Positions 46,533 through 55,998 of a stretch of DNA of 64,000 bases are shown here, one piece after another. How positions within the stretch are numbered: the stretch's first letter is position 1; each line of letters opens with the position of its first letter. The translations under genes were made by a program, and so were the position numbers. The stretch covers positions 186,001-250,000 of the IMG/VR virus record IMGVR_UViG_3300048438_000153. One strand, given 5' to 3'. The notes under the pieces are model-generated. The model had not been told where the DNA came from, did not search any database, and saw only the letters and a list, made by a program, of their open reading frames with translations.

Positions 46533-49500
46533 CTAAACCACTAAGACCCCGTAGTCGTCAGCGCAGTAGAGTACCGTGTCAGCCACCGAGCCGAAATCAA
46601 TGTTAAAGTCACCCTCCCCGAAAGCGTCGGCTACCGAGCCGTAGTCGATGACTTCCATGACTCGACCATAGATTACGAGGTCGCCTCCAACGAGAGCGTT
46701 CGGGTTCAGAGAAATACTCTGAGACGTAATCACAGGACTCTCGTTAACGTCTGTACCTATAGTTGGAACAGTACCCGGCTCAAATCTACTGTTGTTGGCG
46801 TTGTAGACAAGACCCTGACCATCGGCCAAATCAGTCAAGTCAACATCGGAGTGCGTTTCAACTGAGCCCAAGACGGTAAGATTTGAGCCATCTAACGCCC
46901 CTAACTTACCTTCTCCATCTGTAACAACCGCCTTGCCGTTCTCACCACCTCCGCCATTAATAGTAGTGTCGAGTGTAGAAGCAGAGCCGAGTCCTAAGTT
47001 GCCTCTCGCTACCGCTTCATTTCCCCCATCAGAAATCTCAGAAAGACTGTTGCCGACCTGAAGCAAGTCTGAAATGTCTGTAGTCGCTGTTGAAGTAAGA
47101 CCGAGAGTAGACCTAGCTGTCGCGGAATCCGCGTCATCCAAAAGTGTTCTCGCAAAGGCTGTTACATCAGCCTCAGCCCAAGTATCTACTCCTGTAGTAT
47201 ATATGAGCTTATCAGCGCCCGTCCCGAGATCAGAAATAGCACTCAAGGTGGCGTCAAAAGCTTGGACGTCAGTGTCGATCTCTAACCCAAGAGTAGTTCG
47301 AGCCGTCGCTGAGTCAGCGTCATCTAAGAGTGTCCTAGAGAAAGCAGAAAGGGTGGCTTCAGCCCAAGTATCTACTCCCGTAGTATATATGAGCTTGTTA
47401 GCGCCTGTCCCGAGATCAGAAATACTCTGAAGAGTAGCATCGTAGGCTTGGACGTCAGTGTCGATCTCTAACCCAAGAGTAGTTCGAGCCGTCGCTGAGT
47501 TAGCGTCATCTAAGAGAGATCTAGCGAACGCCGTAAAGATGGTGATTGAGAAAGTATCTACGCCACTTGCATAAATGAGTCTATCAGCGCCCGTATTAAC
47601 ACCAGCTAAAGCTTGTAATGTAGCATCATAAGCCTGAACATCAGAGCCGATCTCAACACCTAAGTTACCCCTCGCATTCGCGACGTTATCTAAGTCATTA
47701 AGATTATTAGCTGACTGAAGAAGATTGCCAATGTCTGTTGTGGCTGTCGAAGTGAGGCCGAGGGTAGTTCTCGCTGTGTTAGCATCAGCATCGTCTAAGA
47801 GTGTTCTAGAGAAAGCAGAAAGGGTGGCCTCAGCCCAAGTGTCTACTCCCGTAGTGTAAGCGAGCTTATCAGCCCCCGTTCCGAGCGCGGAGAGAGAAGC
47901 TAACGTCGCATCGTAGGCTTGAATATCAGTGTCGATCTCTAACCCAAGAGTAGTTCGAGCGGTCGCTGAGTTAGCATCGTCTAAGAGTGTCCTAGAGAAA
48001 GCAGAAAGGGTGGCTTCAGCCCAAGTGTCTACTCCCGTAGTATATATGAGCTTATCAGCTCCCGTCCCGAGATCAGAAATAGCACTCAAGGTGGCGTCAA
48101 AAGCTTGAACGTCAGACCCGATAGCGACACCGAGATTAGCCCTCGCATTCGCGACGTTATCTAAGTCATTAAGATTGTTAGCTGACAGAAGAAGATCAGC
48201 GAGGTCTGTTGTCGCAGTAGGGGTAAGACCGAGGGTCGCTCTAGCATCTGCTGAGTTAGCGTCATCTAAGATTGTTCTAGCGAAAGCAGAAAGAGTTGCT
48301 TCAGCCCAAGTATCCAATCCCGTAGTATATATGAGCTTATCAGCTCCCGTTCCGAGATCAGAAATAGCACTCAAGGTGCTGTCGAGAGGCTGATAAGTGT
48401 TTGCGAGATCCAAGTCTGTGATCTCTGCTTGAACATAAGCAGTAGTGGCGACGAGAGTTGAATCATCACCGAGATCAGGGCTTTCCACTCTTAATGGAGA
48501 AAGAGTCAGGTTGGCGTCATTAAACTCTGTGGCGGTGTGGGCATCAGTGGTCGTGCCTAGCTTGAACGTGTCTGTGCTCTCGTCAAAAAAGAACACCGCG
48601 TCATTTCCCGTAGTCCCACGCTCGAAGAAAAGACCGATGTCATTGGGGTTAGCTCCGCCATCAACGCCTTTATTAAGTCTGACAATCGTATCTTCTACAT
48701 CTAGTGTAGAAGTGTTGACTGTTGTCGTGTCGCCCTGAACTTGAAGATCACCACTTACGATAACCTTCGACCCAACACCTCCGAGCGTTAAGACTGAAGG
48801 GTTGCCATTATTGGTAGTCATCGTCGCGCCGATTGTTGCATCTGCGTTGGTGAAGTCGATTCCTGTCATGCCACTAAGAGTTGTGGAAGCCCCTCCCAAA
48901 GAAATGGATGTTGAACCTACAGTCAAAGAGCTGTTCGCGAGCTTATCGTTCGTGACGTCTCCATCAACAATCTTAGCAGTCGTAACAGAGTCGGCATCGA
49001 GCTTCGCCTCAGTGACGTTCCCATCTACGATTTTAGCCGTAGTAACGGAGTCAGCGTCGAGCTTCGCTTCAGTGATGTTGCCGTTCAAAATCTTAGCGGT
49101 GGTTACAGCATCGTTACTTATGGTAGCCAAGCCCTCGTTGGAGATAGAAACATCACCCGAGAGAGATACGTTCTTCCATTGATTGTCGTCCGCACCCCCA
49201 TCGGAGTCGTAGACGATAATCTGAGCGTCTGCGACGTCGGCGAGGAGGACATCGTTGAGGTCATCGAGGCTAGAGACGTTGCCTGCTGCTTGCATGACGT
49301 CATTGACCCACTCAGTAGTCGCTACTGTAGTGTCATCAGAGGCGAGGTCAGGAGTTGCTGAAGTAAGAGTACCCACCTCAAAGTTATATGCGAAAGCCCC
49401 GAAAGTAGTAGCTCTTGTGGTGAGCGCGATGCTTGCGTTGTCTGAGAGGTTAGACGTAGAAATCGTCTGATTCGCAAAACCACCATTTCCTGTACTCACT

Positions 49501-52031
49501 AAGAAATGGTTAGCGTTGACGAGTTCATCTCCATCCAAAGACACATCAGAAAGAGCGTCGATCCTCGCAGTGCTTCTCAAGAAGTTCTCTACTCCAAGCT
49601 GAATGCTGACCTTCTCGAAAGAATCAGCTCCATTACCTAAGAGTAAATCACCGTCAGCGATCCCTGTAATGGTATCGAGAGAAGCATCTTTGGCTTGGTA
49701 TGTGTTGGCGAGGTCGAGCGCAGTTATGTCTGCATCAATCGCGTCATCTACGTATTTCTTAGTGGAGGCGTGGGCATCAAGAGTAGGATCTTGGACACTG
49801 ACAGTAGAAAGCGTGAAATCGTAAGCGAAAGCCCCGAAGGTAGCTCCCACGCTCGTCTGAACTACATTACCTGTGTTAGAGAGGTCGCCGAAAGAAAGAA
49901 TGCTGTTCTCAAAGGTTGAGTCATCCGCTCCGATTCTTAGGACCTGACCCTCGGCCTTCACACCGATTGTAGTGTCAGAAAGATTGTCTGAAGCTCCCAC
50001 GCTCTTGAGGAAAGACTCTACGCCCTCTGTGACACTGACCTTCTCGAAAGAGTCAACGCCATTACCTAAGAGTAAATCACCGTCAGCGATCCCTGTGATG
50101 CCATCAAGAGAAGCATCTTTAGCTTGATACGTATTGGCGAGGTCGAGCGCAGTTATGTCTGTGTCAATCTGAGCGTCTACATAGGCCGTAGTAGCGAGCT
50201 TCGTTGAGTTGTCGCTTGCGTTCTGAGTGGTAGCCGTAGCGTTCGCGCCTGTAAGGTCTACATCAGCAGTAAAGGTGTTATTCGCGGAGAAAGTCTGAAC
50301 GGCATTGAGCCGAGCGACATTAGCGGTGTCTGTGAGGTCTGTAGAAGCAATGCTCACTGTCGCTGTGACTGTGCCGTCATTCACCCCCTCTGTGTCGTCA
50401 TAAGAGAAAGTGATCCCTGTGTTACCCACGTTGTTTGCGGTGAACATTGGGCCGACTATATCTTGGACTTGCTCATCAGAAAGCTGAGTATCCGTATCTG
50501 TTTCGTCAGCGACCTCGAAAGACCCATTGTTATACTTAAGAATCTTTCCGTCAACGACACCTACGAGATCGACATCAGAAAGATCACCAGCAGAGAACCC
50601 CCCAAGACTTACAGTTGCGTCTATCGTGTCTGCGTTATCGTTAGGGGAGAAAGAAACACCTGTGTGAGCTCCACCTTGTAGAGCTGTGCCAACAGCGTCC
50701 CTTGCCATTTCGTCTGTGTAAGTCTGAGTAGGAGCTGTAAACTCAAATCGGTTGTTCCCCGCCACCCAAGCGAGGACGTTTCCGTCTTGAATGTTCGCAA
50801 TCGAGTTGACGTCAGAAAGATCAGAGATGGAAGCACCTGAAGCGAGAAAGTCCCCTACATTACTCTGAGAAGCAGTGCCAAGAGCGAGCGCGAGGATGTC
50901 TGTGTCAATCTGAGCGTCTACATAAGCAGTGGTGGCGAGTTTCGTTGAGTTGTCGCTTGCGTTCTGAGTGGTGGCTAATACTGTTCCTGTGAAAGTCTGA
51001 TTGGCGCTGAGGAGAGCGACATCTCCTGTCCCTGACAGCTCAGAGAAATCAAGATCTTCGTTAATCCAAGCGCCGTTCTCGTACTTCAAGACTTGGCTAT
51101 TAGCGAGCCCCACTCCGCCAAGTGTGACGTTAGAAAGGTTTCCGATCTCAGCGTCAGTGCTTAAGAAAGACTCTAAGTCAGCACTGATGTTGATGACGCC
51201 AAAAGTGTCGTTTCCTGTAGCGATGATCAGGTCATTGTCTACAGGAGCGAGCGCGGATAAACCTGTCAAAGTCGCGTCGAGAGACTGTTTTGTAGCCACC
51301 TCGTCATCAACGTATTTCTTAGTCGATGCGTGGGCATCAAGAGTAGGATCTTGAACACTCACTGTAGAAAGAGTGAAGTCGTAAGCGAAAGCGCCGAAAG
51401 TAGACCCTGAGCTAGTCAAGACAACATCGGCGGAGTCTGAAAGCTCGGATGTTGATATCGTCTGATTCGCGAAGTTGTTTCCGTCAAAAACAAGGAACTC
51501 ATTGAGCGCGGGGTTCGCGACAGAAGCATCTCCGAGATCATTCAGATTAGCTGCGCCACCACCGCCACCTTGACCTGGTACCCACTGACCCACGTTCGCA
51601 TCATAGACTAAGGCGTTTCCGTCAACTAGACCTACTAGATTTACGTCAGAAATCAAGCTCAGAGTAAGGGTCGCGTTTTCCCATTTCCCAGCTCCCACGT
51701 TGTACTGAAGAAACTGATCATCAGCGAGTCCCGCTATCGTCACGTCAGATAGCTGAGCGAGTTGAGCGTTCCCCCCTAAGACTGCGTTTCCTACAACATC
51801 TTGGACGAACTCTGTGGTGGCGATGCGACCTGAACTCTCATTAAGTGGGATGCCACCTAAGATACTTAAAGTCCAATCACCTCCTGACCCTAGAATATAG
51901 CCTGATTGGTTGATGGAGGGTCCGGGTACAAGCCCGTCAGTACCCGCTTGCGCTCCATCTGTTCCTGTGAAAGCGGTCAAAACAATCGAAGAACCGCCCG
52001 TTGTGGTCGTGCCTGTGCCGAAAGAACTCAT
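46533..52031 (-). CDS. Long tail fibre with shaft repeats (about 1832 aa)
   Basis: LxDLxDV repeats, ATTAYV and ASTKKYVD knuckles, VTTAKI..GNVTEAKL repeats, six ADKLIY...AFxRTLLDDA.....RTTLGL units. Start moved to ATG 52031 after AAAGGAG. Confidence 0.85.
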   Translation of the reverse strand: MSSFGTGTTTTGGSSIVLTAFTGTDGAQAGTDGLVPGPSINQSGYILGSGGDWTLSILGGIPLNESSGRIATTEFVQDVVGNAVLGGNAQLAQLSDVTIAGLADDQFLQYNVGAGKWENATLTLSLISDVNLVGLVDGNALVYDANVGQWVPGQGGGGGAANLNDLGDASVANPALNEFLVFDGNNFANQTISTSELSDSADVVLTSSGSTFGAFAYDFTLSTVSVQDPTLDAHASTKKYVDDEVATKQSLDATLTGLSALAPVDNDLIIATGNDTFGVINISADLESFLSTDAEIGNLSNVTLGGVGLANSQVLKYENGAWINEDLDFSELSGTGDVALLSANQTFTGTVLATTQNASDNSTKLATTAYVDAQIDTDILALALGTASQSNVGDFLASGASISDLSDVNSIANIQDGNVLAWVAGNNRFEFTAPTQTYTDEMARDAVGTALQGGAHTGVSFSPNDNADTIDATVSLGGFSAGDLSDVDLVGVVDGKILKYNNGSFEVADETDTDTQLSDEQVQDIVGPMFTANNVGNTGITFSYDDTEGVNDGTVTATVSIASTDLTDTANVARLNAVQTFSANNTFTADVDLTGANATATTQNASDNSTKLATTAYVDAQIDTDITALDLANTYQAKDASLDGITGIADGDLLLGNGVDSFEKVSVTEGVESFLKSVGASDNLSDTTIGVKAEGQVLRIGADDSTFENSILSFGDLSNTGNVVQTSVGATFGAFAYDFTLSTVSVQDPTLDAHASTKKYVDDAIDADITALDLANTYQAKDASLDTITGIADGDLLLGNGADSFEKVSIQLGVENFLRSTARIDALSDVSLDGDELVNANHFLVSTGNGGFANQTISTSNLSDNASIALTTRATTFGAFAYNFEVGTLTSATPDLASDDTTVATTEWVNDVMQAAGNVSSLDDLNDVLLADVADAQIIVYDSDGGADDNQWKNVSLSGDVSISNEGLATISNDAVTTAKILNGNITEAKLDADSVTTAKIVDGNVTEAKLDADSVTTAKIVDGDVTNDKLANSSLTVGSTSISLGGASTTLSGMTGIDFTNADATIGATMTTNNGNPSVLTLGGVGSKVIVSGDLQVQGDTTTVNTSTLDVEDTIVRLNKGVDGGANPNDIGLFFERGTTGNDAVFFFDESTDTFKLGTTTDAHTATEFNDANLTLSPLRVESPDLGDDSTLVATTAYVQAEITDLDLANTYQPLDSTLSAISDLGTGADKLIYTTGLDTWAEATLSAFARTILDDANSADARATLGLTPTATTDLADLLLSANNLNDLDNVANARANLGVAIGSDVQAFDATLSAISDLGTGADKLIYTTGVDTWAEATLSAFSRTLLDDANSATARTTLGLEIDTDIQAYDATLASLSALGTGADKLAYTTGVDTWAEATLSAFSRTLLDDADANTARTTLGLTSTATTDIGNLLQSANNLNDLDNVANARGNLGVEIGSDVQAYDATLQALAGVNTGADRLIYASGVDTFSITIFTAFARSLLDDANSATARTTLGLEIDTDVQAYDATLQSISDLGTGANKLIYTTGVDTWAEATLSAFSRTLLDDADSATARTTLGLEIDTDVQAFDATLSAISDLGTGADKLIYTTGVDTWAEADVTAFARTLLDDADSATARSTLGLTSTATTDISDLLQVGNSLSEISDGGNEAVARGNLGLGSASTLDTTINGGGGENGKAVVTDGEGKLGALDGSNLTVLGSVETHSDVDLTDLADGQGLVYNANNSRFEPGTVPTIGTDVNESPVITSQSISLNPNALVGGDLVIYGRVMEVIDYGSVADAFGEGDFNIDFGSVADTVLYCADDYGVLVV
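47100..48400. repeat. Six about 60 aa (180 bp) tail-fibre shaft repeats
   Basis: DVQAFDATLSAISDLGTGADKLIYTTGVDTWAEATLSAFSRTLLDDANSATARTTLGL and variants. Confidence 0.9.
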
Positions 52032-52040
52032 ATCGAACTC

Positions 52041-52089
52041 CTTTATATGTCTCTCTTCTTTCTCCAAGAGACATATAAAGACTTAATCA
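52041..52089 (-). promoter_or_regulatory. Late-promoter-like motif (52074-52089) with 14 bp RBS-sequestering hairpin
   Basis: Perfect inverted repeat 52041-52054 / 52067-52080 pairing the AAAG of the RBS for the fibre gene. Confidence 0.75.
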
Positions 52090-52112
52090 ACCAAGACCGA
52101 GAAGGAGAAGAC

Positions 52113-52208
52113 TACAAAGTGGATAAGGTTATCTGTGTGATAGACCGCACCGATGCTTTGAAAGAGGTTCTTTCTTCTGAAGGCATAGGCTATGAGAGCT
52201 TGATTAAA
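52113..52208 (+). pseudogene. Possible relic of the C-terminus of orotate phosphoribosyltransferase
   Basis: YKVDKVICVIDRTDALKEVLSSEGIGYESLIK resembles the PyrE C-terminal V..V...VDR......L...G....SL segment. No N-terminal part is present. Confidence 0.35.
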
Positions 52209-52337
52209 GCCTCCCCGTTTCCTCGCGCAAAGAGAAAGGGTGAAAACCTTTACGCTACGAACGGTATTACGCCCCCAAAACTCGCTGACACCCTTCTTCT
52301 TCGCTTTTTTAAGAGAATGGGGGGACGAGGGAGAGGG

Positions 52338-52877
52338 TCACACCTTTACGAAGAAAGAAAGATTACCTGTGTTTCGGTCGGACTCTTTGTGGAAAGAGTT
52401 ACCCTTAGCCAAGAGACCTCTATCTACGCAGACCTTAAAAGATTTCTTAAAGTCCTCGATAGCGGAGGCTCGTTCCTCTTTCATGCGCTCTTTGAGAGAG
52501 ATGTCAAAGTTAAAGGCTTCGATCTCTAGGCACTCTTTGGTCGCTTTAGAAACCGAGTGGAGCGATGTCTTTCTTAAGTAATGGCGAACTTCTACAGAAG
52601 AGAAACCAACTACAGTCAGACAGATCAAGCCCTTATTGACAGTAAGGGTTTCGATATCCAAAGTGAGCGCCGACAAGCACTTGCGAAGGTACTTCTCCGC
52701 TTCAACACTAGCTATCTCTACGCACTGTTCTCTTAAGTCACCGAAAAAGTCGATGCGTAAGCTCTCTTCACTAGGAAGGTAAGTCGAAGAGAGTCCTCTT
52801 TTAGAAAACTCTTTCTTAACTTGAGTTATTGTGGGATTCATTTCTATGTCCTTTTCTCTGAAGTTCATCTCACACAC
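52338..52877 (-). CDS. Hypothetical protein
   Basis: Long ORF with late motif at 52885-52900. True start is probably a later ATG (MNPTITQ). Confidence 0.6.
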   Translation of the reverse strand: MCEMNFREKDIEMNPTITQVKKEFSKRGLSSTYLPSEESLRIDFFGDLREQCVEIASVEAEKYLRKCLSALTLDIETLTVNKGLICLTVVGFSSVEVRHYLRKTSLHSVSKATKECLEIEAFNFDISLKERMKEERASAIEDFKKSFKVCVDRGLLAKGNSFHKESDRNTGNLSFFVKV

Positions 52878-52944
52878 AGTGTTAGATAAATAAACTATCC
52901 CTAAGAAGAAAGAGGTCTTTGATCATAGGGAATGAGAGCGACGC

Positions 52945-53358
52945 CTACACGATAACATCGTACTTGACGTCTCCTGTAAAAGCCGTCGATAACTCAACTA
53001 CAAACCCTGTGGTAGACTTACTCTTGGCTCGCGCAAAAACGAAGTCTCCCACGAAAAAGAGGACTCGATAGTTAATGTTGGGCATAGGGGAGTCAAAGAA
53101 AACGCTAGCTTCAGATTGGTTCGCAAAAGTAACCGTACCGCTCAGGGTAGAAATGTTAGACATGATAACCTCCAAGTTTGAAATAGCATCACTGATCGCT
53201 CTTTGAACCTCTACAGGGTAAGACCCTAAGAAAGCTATATTGTCTTTAGTGACGCTTGATACGGAAATAGACCCGTACTTGTTAGCCGACACAGAGAACT
53301 TGAATAGCCCCTGAGTAGACGGGTAAGAGTAAGAAAGAGTAGTTTCTTGCAGTATCAT
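52945..53358 (-). CDS. Small structural protein with fibre-tip-like beta-sandwich
   Basis: SGTVTF...VFFDSPMPNINYRV...KSTTGFVV; similar to the C-terminus of 55999-56976. Confidence 0.55.
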   Translation of the reverse strand: MILQETTLSYSYPSTQGLFKFSVSANKYGSISVSSVTKDNIAFLGSYPVEVQRAISDAISNLEVIMSNISTLSGTVTFANQSEASVFFDSPMPNINYRVLFFVGDFVFARAKSKSTTGFVVELSTAFTGDVKYDVIV

Positions 53359-53359
53359 T

Positions 53360-53608
53360 TCAGCACTCCTCTACAAAGTAACCTTTGCTCTTGAGATAAG
53401 CCATTAAAGAGACAATCTTATAGGGGTCATTTGACGTGACTACGAGCTTGTTCTCTTTGAGCGAACACTCCCACTCCTCTTTCTCTTTAAGGGTTCTAAG
53501 AAACCTCTCAGAGAACTCTCCATACTGAGGGTGGACGGTCACAGAGTATTCTTTCTTAATAATTCTCTCTAACCACTTATCTGCTACTTTCTTGCTGATA
53601 ATGCTCAC
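53360..53608 (-). CDS. Hypothetical protein (about 82 aa)
   Basis: Start moved to GTG 53608 (GTGA overlap with the upstream stop); begins MSIISKKVADKWL. Confidence 0.55.
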   Translation of the reverse strand: MSIISKKVADKWLERIIKKEYSVTVHPQYGEFSERFLRTLKEKEEWECSLKENKLVVTSNDPYKIVSLMAYLKSKGYFVEEC

Positions 53609-54174
53609 AGAAGAACTCGCCTTACTTCCTGACCCCCCCCTGTCTTTCTTAGGAGGGTGAGGTTTGAGTTGACTGTGCTTAGAGCTAGGTGGATCTCTTT
53701 CAAGTCCTCGATCTTTTCTAGTGCGCTGAGACATCTTAGAAACCTATACCTTACTTTCCCTTGAGACTCTCCGATTTCCCTAGCCGCATGGCTTTGACTA
53801 GAGTAGAGATAAAGAAGTATCATTACTCTTATATCCTTCTTATCAGAAAAGTACCGAGAAAGATTATCTTGTAAGTATGCTTCTGTGAAGACAGGTATCG
53901 TGAGCAATACTCTGAGTCTATCCATAGCCCGATTCACACGATAGTGTATGTTCGGCTGAGTGTACCCGAATATCTTACCGAGAGATGATTGAGGCACACC
54001 TTTCAAGACGTGAAGCTCGATCATATCAGCCTCCACAGGGCTAATCCGACCCATGTGGTCGAGGACACACTCAAGCCTCTCTAAAGTCTCCTCGCTTGAT
54101 TCTTCTGAGTACGTTGGGAAGTTCGACATTGAGTGCTCATTAGAGAAGATTCTCTCCATGATGTGGCTATCCAT
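53605..54174 (-). CDS. Sigma70 region-4-like protein with two tandem HTH domains
   Basis: ISPVEADMIELHVLKGVPQSSLGKIFGYTQPNIHYRVNRAMDRLR and DKKDIRVMILLY...SQSHAAREIGESQGKVRYRFLRCL. Confidence 0.7.
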   Translation of the reverse strand: MDSHIMERIFSNEHSMSNFPTYSEESSEETLERLECVLDHMGRISPVEADMIELHVLKGVPQSSLGKIFGYTQPNIHYRVNRAMDRLRVLLTIPVFTEAYLQDNLSRYFSDKKDIRVMILLYLYSSQSHAAREIGESQGKVRYRFLRCLSALEKIEDLKEIHLALSTVNSNLTLLRKTGGGQEVRRVLL

Positions 54175-54703
54175 TAGAATCTCCTACTGAGAAAGAATCC
54201 ACTGTGAGAATCACTTCCGCGCTCCTCAGAGTGATCAATATCGAGTACCGTCCACCCTCAAACTCGCTTTCTTTTTCCAAGATATCGAGGACAATCCCTA
54301 CGCACCCTTTAAAGTCACCCCCCGTGATTTCAACCTCATCCCCCAATCGGTAGTTCCCACCACGACTGTAAGCCTCAGAGATCATCTTTCTTAAGTCGGA
54401 CTCGCTTATCGTTCCTTGAGATATCATGTCGCTTCGGGTGTCGTATTGACTGATCATGCTGTCTATGTAAACAGACCTCGCTAAGTCATAATACTTAGCT
54501 GAGGGATAGCCAGACTTGACGAAGATATACCCTTCTATAAGAAAGGTCGCTTTTGAAGAACCTCCTCTTAAGATCGGTATGTAGATGTCTTCAAGGCTTA
54601 CCTCAGCTAAGTCTTTCAGCCGTTGCGCTAAAAGTCCTAGCTTAGCTTCTTCCTCCCCCTTCGGCGATGTTTGCATCACCACCCAAGTCGATCTCTTTCT
54701 CAT
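54167..54703 (-). CDS. nusG: NusG/RfaH-family transcription elongation factor
   Basis: NGN domain (WVVMQT...GEE...IYIP...LIEGYIFVK) and KOW domain (GDEVEITGGDFKGCVGIV). Confidence 0.85.
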   Translation of the reverse strand: MRKRSTWVVMQTSPKGEEEAKLGLLAQRLKDLAEVSLEDIYIPILRGGSSKATFLIEGYIFVKSGYPSAKYYDLARSVYIDSMISQYDTRSDMISQGTISESDLRKMISEAYSRGGNYRLGDEVEITGGDFKGCVGIVLDILEKESEFEGGRYSILITLRSAEVILTVDSFSVGDSNG

Positions 54704-55952
54704 CTACACTCCCTCTGTAAGAGTTTGATCTCTCTATTATTCTCTTTACCCATTTCGAGAATAACATCAATGAAACTTCCTCTTCTTTCTCGCTAGTTTC
54801 TTTATCCGAAGGTGCGTTTTTTGCGTTTTCGGGGGCTGTGTCCAAAGAAGCGACCGCAGACTCTTCCGTAGAAGGGGCGACCGCCTCTATCTTAACTCCC
54901 CTAAATCGAAGCCACTTCAAGAGTTCACACTTGAACAGCGCCTCTGTAGAACGGCGCGGTTTTGAAGAGATTGCTTCTGCTAAGAAAATGAGCTTGTCTC
55001 CATTCTTCTCCCAAGCCTGAGAAAGAACATCTTTGTTCCAATAAGGAGGAGGGTTGCCCACGCCCATACCCAAGCTGATCGCAAGCATCGTGGCTGATAA
55101 GAGCCTGTCGAAAGCCACCCCCACAGGAGTGCTCGAAAGAACCTCATCGGATATTCTTAGAGCTTCTTTTTCATCGCTCACCAAGAGCTTGCAGATGAGG
55201 TCATTCCTGTCTACATGAAGATAAGAGCGAACCGCCTCTAGTGACACACTCTTAGAGTTCGATGAAGCAACTCCCTCAACTCCCTTGAGCGCGTCTCGGA
55301 TGTGACCCTCAGTGAAGTCTGCGATGAGTATGAGAGCTTCTCTTTCGTATGAGAAACCCTCCTGATCACAGACCACAGCAAGCCTACTTGCGATCTCTTC
55401 AGAATCGACATGGTGGATGATAAAGGCGGGAGCGCATCGAGAAAGAACTGTGGCTCTCATCTTCTCGGGCTCTGTAGTACAGAAGATGCAAACGAGCCTC
55501 TTCTCTTCAGACCCTTTGCGATTGTCCTCCATAGGCTTTAAGAGAGCGTCGAGGGCGCTAGGGGAGAGCTGATGCGACTCGTCAAAGAGGTAGAGCTTAC
55601 GCCTACCTGAGAAAGCACTGTAGTCCAACTCTTCGAGGATTTTCTTAACGTCAGCTTTACCGCTGTTGGTGGCTGCGTCCACTTCGACAAAAGCGTCACT
55701 CCCTCCCTCAAGCATACCCTTGCAAGATGAACACTCGTCACAGGGGTTTCCCTCGCTTGGGTTCTCACATAAAAGAGCGCGAGCTAGGATTCTCCCTAGC
55801 GTCGTTTTCCCTGATCCGAACGGGCCTGCGAACAGGTAAGACTGCTTCCACCCCGCTCCTTCCGAGACGATTCCTCTTAAGGTCTTGACCGCACCTGATT
55901 GACCCAACACATCTTCATAGGTGCGAGGTCTATACTTTGTATCTAAGCTCAT
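54642..55952 (-). CDS. dnaX: DNA polymerase III gamma/tau clamp-loader ATPase
   Basis: KYRPRTYEDVLGQ, GPFGSGKTT, C..PCDECSSC Zn module, EVDAA, FDESHQL, SRC, GHIRDAL. Confidence 0.95.
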   Translation of the reverse strand: MSLDTKYRPRTYEDVLGQSGAVKTLRGIVSEGAGWKQSYLFAGPFGSGKTTLGRILARALLCENPSEGNPCDECSSCKGMLEGGSDAFVEVDAATNSGKADVKKILEELDYSAFSGRRKLYLFDESHQLSPSALDALLKPMEDNRKGSEEKRLVCIFCTTEPEKMRATVLSRCAPAFIIHHVDSEEIASRLAVVCDQEGFSYEREALILIADFTEGHIRDALKGVEGVASSNSKSVSLEAVRSYLHVDRNDLICKLLVSDEKEALRISDEVLSSTPVGVAFDRLLSATMLAISLGMGVGNPPPYWNKDVLSQAWEKNGDKLIFLAEAISSKPRRSTEALFKCELLKWLRFRGVKIEAVAPSTEESAVASLDTAPENAKNAPSDKETSEKEEEVSLMLFSKWVKRIIERSNSYRGSVDEKEIDLGGDANIAEGGGRS

Positions 55953-55998
55953 CTCTTCCTCTTAACAGCATAGGTTTAACACCCCTACTCATATAGGA

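Noticed and set aside
42033-51354. Many repeated plus-strand ORFs ending ...VVTNLR and similar
   Set aside because: Antisense shadows of the repetitive fibre genes; no RBS or independent coding signal.
51906-52581. Plus-strand ORFs of 207 and 113 aa
   Set aside because: Overlap real minus-strand genes at their ends; only the short PyrE-like stretch looks protein-like.
54816-54822. A AAA AAC slippery heptamer in dnaX, with a -1 frame stop shortly after (gamma/tau-type shift)
   Set aside because: In phase, but no convincing upstream SD or downstream stem-loop, and A-runs are common here.
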